DNA of 32,000 nt from Gemmata obscuriglobus (GTDB lineage: Bacteria; Planctomycetota; Planctomycetia; Gemmatales; Gemmataceae): NCBI RefSeq assembly GCF_008065095.1, contig NZ_CP042911.1, forward strand, positions 6,750,001 through 6,782,000, read 5' to 3'. Numbering within the stretch: the stretch's first letter is position 1; each line of letters begins with the position of its first letter. Of this stretch, positions 17,140 to 23,510 are shown piece by piece. Position numbers and translations under genes: made by a program. Below the pieces are notes generated by a model. That model saw only the letters and a program-made list of their open reading frames with translations. It had not been told where the DNA came from and did not search any database.

Positions 17140-17194
17140 GACACCGCCGGCTGATTCGGGACGCACCGCCCATCCGGTGATGACGGTGCAGGTG
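17140..17194 (+). repeat. 55-nt intergenic element, copy B
   Basis: See copy A. Copy B overlaps the most upstream candidate start (GTG 17177 / ATG 17180) of the following ORF. Confidence 0.7.
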
Positions 17195-17572
17195 GTCTTA
17201 CTGTTCGGCACCTCGGGGCAGCCAGTGAGCGACAGGATGTTCGTGATGCAAGTCGTTGTGGCGGTGGAGGGCCTGTGGTTCGCCCCCGGCACGGACGGCC
17301 CGCCGGTCCGGTCCCAGCGGCGGCACCGTATCGACGCCCAGTTGTTCGCGGCCCCCGACGCGGAGGCAGCGTACCGCACGGCCGTCGCGTGGCTGCCGGG
17401 GTTCTCGGACAAAAACCACGATGGTCCCGGCGAGTCGACCCGGATGTTCGCCATCGGCCTCCACCAGTTGGAGGAGGTTCTCCCCCGCCGGAGCGAGTTA
17501 TCAACCGCGGTGGGCGAGCCGTATGGAGTGGACGTGGGCGGGTACGCACCGTCCGACGTAGACAGCGATGGG
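17177..17572 (+). pseudogene. small gene truncated at its 3' end by the IS66-family insertion (possibly DUF4288-like)
   Basis: Track ORF 17177..17590 reads ...APSDVDSDG and then runs into the IS left inverted repeat (VSVHG-stop). The pattern FVMQVVVAVEG...RIDAQLFAAPDAEAAYRTAVAWLPG...MFAIGLHQLEEV loosely resembles DUF4288 as I recall it. The true start may be the ATG at 17237. Confidence 0.45.
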
Positions 17573-19148
17573 GTAAGCGTTCACGGGTGATGCGGCAGTG
17601 TATCAACAGTTGGCGAGTAGCGGATTCACAACGTTCTGTTGTTGAGCTTCAGCTGGAACGAGCGTCGGTGCCTTCGCGCCGGTCCGGTGTGCGGTGACGG
17701 CGTCGATGAGGAACGCCAAGACGTTGCGCTTCTGGCGGCGGCACGAGGCGATCACCGTGAGGATTCGTTCCACGAACCGGCTCCCGCGTTCGCTGTCGGT
17801 CCCGAAGCTGGTTTTGCGCCAGCACACGGCGTGACGCACCTCACGCTCGGCCGCGTTGTTGGTCGGTTCCACGCCGACGACACGCGCGAACGTCCACAAC
17901 GACGCCTCGACCGACAACAGTTCCGCGCAGGTCGTGGCGGTCTTGGCGCAGCCGCACGCCGCCCCGTTCCGCAGGTGCGTGCCGACCTGACGACGCAACG
18001 CGGGGATGTAGGTCGAGCGACATGTGGACCGCGCGAGGGTTCCGTCCCGGACCCGATACCAGTTCTCGAACAGGGCGTCCGAACACGCCAACAGAGCCGC
18101 GCCGATCGCCTGTCCGGAACCGCCCCGGTCGATCATCGCCTGGAAATCGCGTCGCAGGTGCGCCCAGCAGAGTTGACGCTTGTACTTGTCGAGGTGCGTG
18201 TACACCGGATACCGGTCCGTCGTATGCACGGCCGTGGACCCGGCACGCAGGTCATCAAAGGCGGCCCGGCCCCGGGTCCGGCGGATCAGGAACGCCACCA
18301 CGAACGTGGTCACGGCGGCCCACAGCCAGGCCCGCTGACGCCCCTGCTTCCAACCGGTCTCGTCCACGTTGGCCGGGTGCCCGCGGGTGTACACCAGGGC
18401 CTGTTCGGCCACCGGCTTCAGCGCCTCGGCGGTTCGGTGCTGGAGCTTGCACACCATGGCCGGGCTCAGGGGCAGGCCGAACAGATCGTCGAACAGTTGG
18501 CTCGTGCCCCGCTTGCCCAGACGGCACGAGCCGGTGAGAAGCGCGGCCACCGCCTGCGCCCGGGGGCCGTATCCGGTGCGCGCCTCCGACGGCACCGCGG
18601 GCACCGTGGTCGTGCCGCAGTGGGGGCACCGGAGCCGGTGGCACCGATACTCGGTCACGTGGGGTTTGATAACGGGCAACTCGTGGACCTGATGAATGGC
18701 CGGAGCCGGATCGTCCCCGGCCAGCGACCGCGAGCAGTCCCGGCACACGGACGGCTTGAGGGTCCGGATCTCATCGGGTGGCAGGAGCGTGCGCTCGGCT
18801 TTGGGATGCCCCGGTTGCCCGCCCCGACGCTTCCCCGAAGGGGCCTTGGGCGGGGCCAGTTTCACCTGCGGAGGATCGGACGAGGGCGGCTTCGACGAGT
18901 TGGTGGAGCTCTGGTTGAGTCGGGCCTTGAGTTCGGCGACCTCGGCCACCAGAGCAGTGATCGTGGCCTCCAAGGCGCGAATATACGCCACCACCGCCGG
19001 TGGTAAGTTATCGGGCAGTTCCGGCGGTTGAGGAACAGGCGTCATGACGTCTGCTCGATTACGGAACATGCCCGCTTGTGGCAACCGCGTATCCAAACGG
19101 GCTAAAATGACGGGCAAAAGCGGGTGGCGCACCCCCATGAACGCTTAC
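17573..19148 (-). mobile_element. IS66-family insertion sequence, single-ORF type (1576 bp)
   Basis: The terminal inverted repeats are GTAAGCGTTCACGGGTG (17573-) and the reverse complement of the right end, GTAAGCGTTCATGGGGG (-19148). The first 11 nt are identical and 15/17 match overall, and they begin with the GTAA typical of IS66. The flanking direct repeat is gcgatggg (17565-17572) / gcgatgga (19149-19156), a 7/8 match, consistent with the 8-bp duplications made by IS66. Confidence 0.85.
17603..19045 (-). CDS. IS66 family transposase (TnpC-like DDE)
   Basis: ATG at 19045 (MTPVPQPPELPDNLPP...). The protein has an N-terminal leucine-zipper-like helix, SKPPSSDP, Zn-finger Cys pairs (CRDC...CPHCG), NVDETGWK, TDRYPVY and LCWAHLRRDF, all hallmarks of IS66 transposases. 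Confidence 0.93.
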   Translation of the reverse strand: MTPVPQPPELPDNLPPAVVAYIRALEATITALVAEVAELKARLNQSSTNSSKPPSSDPPQVKLAPPKAPSGKRRGGQPGHPKAERTLLPPDEIRTLKPSVCRDCSRSLAGDDPAPAIHQVHELPVIKPHVTEYRCHRLRCPHCGTTTVPAVPSEARTGYGPRAQAVAALLTGSCRLGKRGTSQLFDDLFGLPLSPAMVCKLQHRTAEALKPVAEQALVYTRGHPANVDETGWKQGRQRAWLWAAVTTFVVAFLIRRTRGRAAFDDLRAGSTAVHTTDRYPVYTHLDKYKRQLCWAHLRRDFQAMIDRGGSGQAIGAALLACSDALFENWYRVRDGTLARSTCRSTYIPALRRQVGTHLRNGAACGCAKTATTCAELLSVEASLWTFARVVGVEPTNNAAEREVRHAVCWRKTSFGTDSERGSRFVERILTVIASCRRQKRNVLAFLIDAVTAHRTGAKAPTLVPAEAQQQNVVNPLLANC

Positions 19149-19156
19149 GCGATGGA

Positions 19157-19273
19157 ATCCCCCGGGTTCTCGACCAGGACGAGCTTGAGGTGTTCCGCGT
19201 GATGCGACTGCTCCGGCCCCACACCGAAGCTACAGACACCGAACCCGCAGCGGCACCTGACCGCGGCTCGTAG
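19157..19273 (+). pseudogene. probable displaced 3' fragment of the IS-interrupted gene
   Basis: Removing the IS and one copy of the duplication joins ...gac agc gat ggg to atc ccc cgg gtt ctc gac cag..., which stays in frame for 38 codons (IPRVLDQDELEVFRVMRLLRPHTEATDTEPAAAPDRGS) to the TAG at 19271-19273. An open frame of this length is common in GC-rich DNA, so the evidence is weak. Confidence 0.3.
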
Positions 19274-19340
19274 GTTGTTCTCAGACCGTGGTGCGGCGTG
19301 CGTGACCGGTAAGTTGTAAGTTCGGCACAGAGGGCGTTCG

Positions 19341-19529
19341 ATGGCTTGGATCGCGATGGGAGCAATCTTCCTCACCGGCGGGGCGGTAGTGTGGGAGGGA
19401 GCCAAGGGCCTTCGCGAACCTACCCCAGGACAGGAGAGGAAAACTTCCAAGGGAACGGCTTACACGACCATCGTAGTCGGGGTACTGATTATGATCGTGG
19501 GAGCGGTGACACCCTTCGTTGCGTTCTGA
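19341..19529 (+). CDS. small membrane protein (62 aa, two TM helices)
   Basis: The product is MAWIAMGAIFLTGGAVVWEG...TAYTTIVVGVLIMIVGAVTPFVAF. GAGGG lies about 7 nt upstream. The ORF is short and no family is recognised. Confidence 0.45.
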   Translation: MAWIAMGAIFLTGGAVVWEGAKGLREPTPGQERKTSKGTAYTTIVVGVLIMIVGAVTPFVAF

Positions 19530-19675
19530 CCCGTTGCGAGGCCGATCTTTCGCGCCGCCGTAATGTTGAAACCGGCCGCACCGAACCCGATCTGACGGCA
19601 CTGTCTTACGCAAATGGGTCCGGCCGCGCGGCCCGGGTGGCTACACACAACCGCGATACGTTCGGAATCGTAATC

Positions 19676-19788
19676 CAGTAGCTTCAAGTTCCAGGTGCCA
19701 CGTTCCACGTGAAAGCCAAGGCACACGAATAGCCTGGGGCTTTTGCCGAGCCGGTTCCCAACTTGAAACTTGGAACTTGAAACTACTG
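19676..19788. other. long hairpin in an ORF-free region (candidate structured RNA or MITE-like element)
   Basis: cagtagcttcaagttcca (19676-19693) pairs with tggaacttgaaactactg (19771-19788) at 17/18 positions. The single C/A mismatch becomes a G-U pair in a minus-strand transcript. The 3' arm region contains a tandem acttgaaact duplicate (19761-19770 and 19775-19784), and an inner palindrome CACGT-TCC-ACGTG lies at 19699-19711. Confidence 0.5.
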
Positions 19789-20154
19789 TAATCGGCTTGG
19801 AGATCCGAACAACCGGCCGACCGCGTGTAGTCCAGCAAGTCATCGCTACGGACGCGGAAGGCACTGTTGGCGCGTTGCCGGTGGTTCATCACGCAACGGG
19901 TTGATTGAGTACGAATTCGGGTACGGCAGATACACAACTCTAAAGCGAACGTTGAGACCATGCACGGCTCGACAGGCCCCCCGGCGCAGCCGGCGGAGTA
20001 GCACTCGGGTGTGCCAGGATCGCGGCCGGGCGCCGAGCCCGCACGGACTTAAAATCACTGGAACCTGTTGAATATTAACGTTCCGCAAGGCTGAGATGTT
20101 GCGCCCGCCGGTGGACGGTGCGCCGGTCACCGCGCCATTCAACCACACACGGAA

Positions 20155-20538
20155 TCACACGGTTACAGGCGAGAGTGCCCGATCAAGTGCGGCCCCGAGC
20201 GTGGTTAAGGTGACCGGCTTCGCCAGCACCGCTACGGCCCCACGGCCGTACAGTTCGCCCTCGGCGTACTCGCCGGGGTGACCGGTCAGGAACGCACACT
20301 GGATCGCGGGATCGAACGCCCGTAGAGCGTCCAACGTCGCCGGTCCGTCCATCCCGGGCATCCTCACATCGAGCAAGGCGGCCGTCGGGTTGCGTTCGGC
20401 CGCGAGCGCCACCGCCTCGGCACCGCACGTGGCCACGAGAGCCGTGTGCCCCAAATGCGTGACCATCAGTGAAACGACCGCACGCACCGCGGGGTCATCG
20501 TCCACGACGAGCACGAGCGAGCCCACCGGTGCCAACAT
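20155..20538 (-). CDS. single-domain response regulator (CheY-like receiver)
   Basis: 127-aa ORF. It has VLVVDDDPAV, the phospho-acceptor context LLDVRMPGMDG, and the conserved Lys in VLAKP. GGGAGG lies upstream. There is no output domain. Confidence 0.9.
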   Translation of the reverse strand: MLAPVGSLVLVVDDDPAVRAVVSLMVTHLGHTALVATCGAEAVALAAERNPTAALLDVRMPGMDGPATLDALRAFDPAIQCAFLTGHPGEYAEGELYGRGAVAVLAKPVTLTTLGAALDRALSPVTV

Positions 20539-20801
20539 GATCCCCTCCCTGCCGCCAGTTTGAGCCGGAATCCTCCGACGAAGATCGCATCCTATTGCAA
20601 CTCACGTGCCGGGTGTCTCAAGCGTCAGCCGCGCAGCGAAGCCCTGTCCCCAGCGTTCAGAAGACAGGTACGTCAAGTCAGCCCAGTCAGTGAAATGGTC
20701 TGGCGCTCGGTCGCCGCGTTAATAAATGATTGCAACGGCATGGGCAAAGATGTGAGCAGAGCAGATTCAAAAACACAATTTTTCGTCTCCACAATCCGAT
20801 C

Positions 20802-20828
20802 GTGCAGATTGTGCAGATTACGCAGGTT
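20802..20828 (+). repeat. three tandem 9-mers (gtgcagatt gtgcagatt acgcaggtt)
   Basis: Read directly from the sequence. The repeats lie in the AT-richer intergenic region upstream of the response-regulator gene and downstream of 20975..21841. Confidence 0.6.
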
Positions 20829-20974
20829 AATAATCAGCCGGACAAACGACAACCGCTCAATGCCAGCCGGGGTTGCGAGTCGAAAGGGCCCTGGCCGTTG
20901 ATAACAGCGCCAGGCGCCACGGGCAGTCCCGCCTCAGAGCGGGGCTGCGGCCCTCCGTCGCGACCGACACAAGC

Positions 20975-21841
20975 TCACTTTTTCCTGAACTCTTGGCGCA
21001 TGTTGCGCACGTTCTGCTGCATCGCGATGGGCAGCTTCGAGCGGAGCAGGTTGGCGCCGTCGAACCACCCAGTCGGCTCGGCGAAGATCACGTGCTGCTC
21101 AACGAACACGGCCCCGGCCGGTTCGGCCAGCTTCGTGATCTTCAGGTACATCGCGGCACCGCCCCAGGGGTTCGCCGGCCCCGGCTTGTCGCCGCCCAGC
21201 GCGCGCCACTGGTTCGGAAACTCCTTGTCGCCCGCGAACCGCGGGTCGATCTCCGCCGCCGCCACCATCGAGTCCGCGTTACGGCTCCAGACCGCGTGCC
21301 CGGTGCCGGTCAGCCGCACTTTTTCCAAGAAGTCGAACTCGAACGTGCCGTACCCCTCGCGCTTCTCATCGCCCTTCTTGACCTCGATCTTCCGCTTGGC
21401 CAAGTCTTCGGGCTTCAGCGGCCCGCCCTTCCCGCCCCCGCTGCTCTTGCCGGCGTTCATGAGGCGGTCCAAAAACTTGTCGTCCTGCAGGCGCTTGAAA
21501 TCGCCGTAGGCGATGAACCACACGTCCACCCCACGGGCCGGCGCCTTCGGGTCCCCCGGCTTGACGTCGCGGATGCGCAGCAGTTGCGGCGCCACCAGCG
21601 AGTCGCGTGCGAACTCGTCGTAACTGTAGTCGTTACCGATCAGCCCCTTGATGATCTCCTTCTGCTTGGCCCCGGAGAGCCCGTCGGCCATCGTCGGCGC
21701 CGGGAACTTGGCCGTCGCCCCGCCGCCGATGTCCAGACCGGTCTCAGTCAGCCGCTTGAACAGCGGGTTCTGCCCGTCGTGCGCGTCGGTTGGGGGTTGG
21801 GCGGGCGCCGCGGTGAGGGCCGCGAGGAGGAGAGCGTGCAT
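20975..21841 (-). CDS. secreted hypothetical protein (288 aa)
   Basis: The product is MHALLLAALTAAPAQPP... with a signal peptide and a Lys/Asp/Glu-balanced body. It starts 22 nt after the upstream gene. No family is recognised. Confidence 0.8.
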   Translation of the reverse strand: MHALLLAALTAAPAQPPTDAHDGQNPLFKRLTETGLDIGGGATAKFPAPTMADGLSGAKQKEIIKGLIGNDYSYDEFARDSLVAPQLLRIRDVKPGDPKAPARGVDVWFIAYGDFKRLQDDKFLDRLMNAGKSSGGGKGGPLKPEDLAKRKIEVKKGDEKREGYGTFEFDFLEKVRLTGTGHAVWSRNADSMVAAAEIDPRFAGDKEFPNQWRALGGDKPGPANPWGGAAMYLKITKLAEPAGAVFVEQHVIFAEPTGWFDGANLLRSKLPIAMQQNVRNMRQEFRKK

Positions 21842-21863
21842 GGAGTGAATCGTCCTTGGGAAT

Positions 21864-22799
21864 TCAGGGGCGATGTCCGGCGGTCAACTTCCGCAAAGCA
21901 ACTTCGAGCGAGCGTGCTTCGTCCGGGGCGAACCGGGTCTGGGCCGCCCGCTCGCGCAGTTCGGGCGGGAGCACAATCTCTAACCGGTGCGGCGGCAGCT
22001 TGTCCACCGCGAATGACAGGTCCGAGGGGCGCGGTCCGCTGAACTCCTTCGGATCCGGTATCAGTTCCGCCCGATCAACGCAGTTCGGTTCGAGCTGCAC
22101 CACCCGCGTTAGATCGCTGCACTCGCCGCTTTCGGCCCCGAGCACCCACAGCAGCACATCCAGTGCCCCCGTGCCCGTGTCCGCCAACAGCGCGTAGCGA
22201 TATCGAACCATCCGGTTACGGTCGCCGCACCGAACGATAACAGGGGTATCGAGCAAAGCAAAGGACGGGCCGCGGACCGGGATTACCGCTTGCCCTTGAA
22301 TCTTGTACCCGGTGTCGAGCACCTGGCGTTTGATCCAGTCCATCTTGACCCCGTGCCCGAGCGCCGTCTCCGACGTGACCACGGTGTCCCCGTTCGTGCC
22401 TTGGGCTCCCAACCCGAGCCCGATCGCGCGCAGCCGATACGGAGCGGCCGGGCCGGTCGACTCGCGCGTCACGTCCGCGGCGAACGCGGTGAACATCCAC
22501 CCGGCCATGCGCACGGTCAGGTCGCGACCGATGAGCGGCGCCGCGGGCACGCGGGCCTTCTCGCTTTCGCGGACCCGCGGAAGGCTCTTGACGACGAGGT
22601 GCGACCAACCCTTGGGCGGCCCCTGTTCCACAACCGTGCCCGGGGCAATCATCTCCGGCGGACCGGCGGTCACGTCGTAATCGCCGGCCCACGCTGGCGG
22701 CGCGGCCGGCGGTTGCCCGAGTTGCGTCGCCAAGCCGGCGGCCAGGAGTGCCGACACCGCGAGAGCGCTCGCCGCCAGAATCACCTTCCGAACGCGCAC
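21864..22799 (-). CDS. secreted hypothetical protein (311 aa)
   Basis: The GTG start at 22799 has AGGAGG 6 nt upstream. The product is MRVRKVILAASALAVSALLAAGLA... with a signal peptide. No family is recognised. Confidence 0.8.
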   Translation of the reverse strand: MRVRKVILAASALAVSALLAAGLATQLGQPPAAPPAWAGDYDVTAGPPEMIAPGTVVEQGPPKGWSHLVVKSLPRVRESEKARVPAAPLIGRDLTVRMAGWMFTAFAADVTRESTGPAAPYRLRAIGLGLGAQGTNGDTVVTSETALGHGVKMDWIKRQVLDTGYKIQGQAVIPVRGPSFALLDTPVIVRCGDRNRMVRYRYALLADTGTGALDVLLWVLGAESGECSDLTRVVQLEPNCVDRAELIPDPKEFSGPRPSDLSFAVDKLPPHRLEIVLPPELRERAAQTRFAPDEARSLEVALRKLTAGHRP

Positions 22800-23165
22800 A
22801 TCGAACCTCCTGTTCCGGAGCGGTGTAGAGGATAGAATCGTTTCCGGCCGCTGGAAAGCAAATCGTGACCGGTCGTCACATTTTCAGATTCGGTCGAATG
22901 CGTTCCGGCCTGAGTCTGGTCGCGCGGATTCTTGACCGGCGTGACTTGGCCCAACCTTATTATTCGCGCAAAAACAAAACAAATTCTATCTCAGGCCTGA
23001 ATTTTGCTGTCACAGCGGATAAGGCGATCCTAAAAACTCGATTAGGAGTACAAATTCCTCTGGACCAGGGTTTGGTGGGCCGACAAAATGCGGGTGTCGA
23101 CTGATTTTCAGTGAAAGCCGAATCGCGTCAAACGCGAATTGGTCCCCCTCCGACCCGAGGCTTCC

Positions 23166-23420
23166 ATGAACCGCGCCCGTCTGTCCCTGTTCGCTCTTGA
23201 GAACCGTGAGAACCCGAGCGGCCCGACCCCGATCGACCCGATCGGTCTACCGGGGCCGGCCCCGACCGAGCCGCCGCCCCCGCCGCCTCCCACCACACCG
23301 GCCATCATTGACATCGGCATCGCGGTCGGAACGACCATTATCAACACGATCCCGACCACCCCGCCGGACGACGTCAACAGCATCACCAAGGGCTCGACCG
23401 ATCCGTACATCCTGCCGTAA
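23166..23420 (+). CDS. small Pro-rich exported protein with LExRxxPS-type N-terminal motif (84 aa)
   Basis: The ATG at 23166 has GAGG about 7 nt upstream. The product is MNRARLSLFALENRENPSGPTPIDPIGLPGPAPTEPPPPPPPTTPAIIDIGIAVGTTIINTIPTTPPDD... Third-codon positions are strongly G/C. The gene is followed by a strong terminator. Confidence 0.6.
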   Translation: MNRARLSLFALENRENPSGPTPIDPIGLPGPAPTEPPPPPPPTTPAIIDIGIAVGTTIINTIPTTPPDDVNSITKGSTDPYILP

Positions 23421-23446
23421 GTGGCCGGCTCAGTGCGCGCAAAAAA

Positions 23447-23492
23447 GCCCCGCGGCCCGCGACCGGATGCATCCGGTCGCGGGCCGCGGGGC
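23447..23492. terminator. bidirectional intrinsic terminator between convergent genes
   Basis: A 46-nt perfect palindrome, gccccgcggcccgcgaccggatg/catccggtcgcgggccgcggggc, is flanked by AAAAAA upstream and TTT downstream. Confidence 0.75.
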
Positions 23493-23510
23493 TTTCGGTT
23501 CAGGTAACCG

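Noticed and set aside
17639-19006. 455-aa plus-strand ORF inside the IS element
   Set aside because: It is antisense to the IS66 transposase and its composition is dominated by Arg, Gly and Pro. There is no evidence for a second IS gene (no tnpA- or tnpB-like product).
19460-20148. Track ORFs 19460..19864, 19641..19961 and 19846..20148 (minus strand) in the ORF-free region
   Set aside because: The translations are rich in Arg, Cys, Ser and Trp. They lack start context and cross the hairpin arms. I treat the region as non-coding.
15572-20819. Recurring GCAGAT(T/C) heptamers (15572, 15718, 15747, 20761, 20803, 20812), considered as a shared regulator-binding motif
   Set aside because: A 7-mer is expected several times by chance in 64 kb of two-strand sequence, and all hits fall in AT-richer spacers where it is more likely still. 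The only locally significant structures are the palindrome at 15718-15770 and the tandem 9-mers at 20802-20828, which are reported separately.
20802-20828. Checked whether any repeat cluster could be a CRISPR array
   Set aside because: The only tandem repeats are three contiguous 9-mers with no spacers. The other repeats are palindromes or two-copy elements. There are no cas-like genes in the window.
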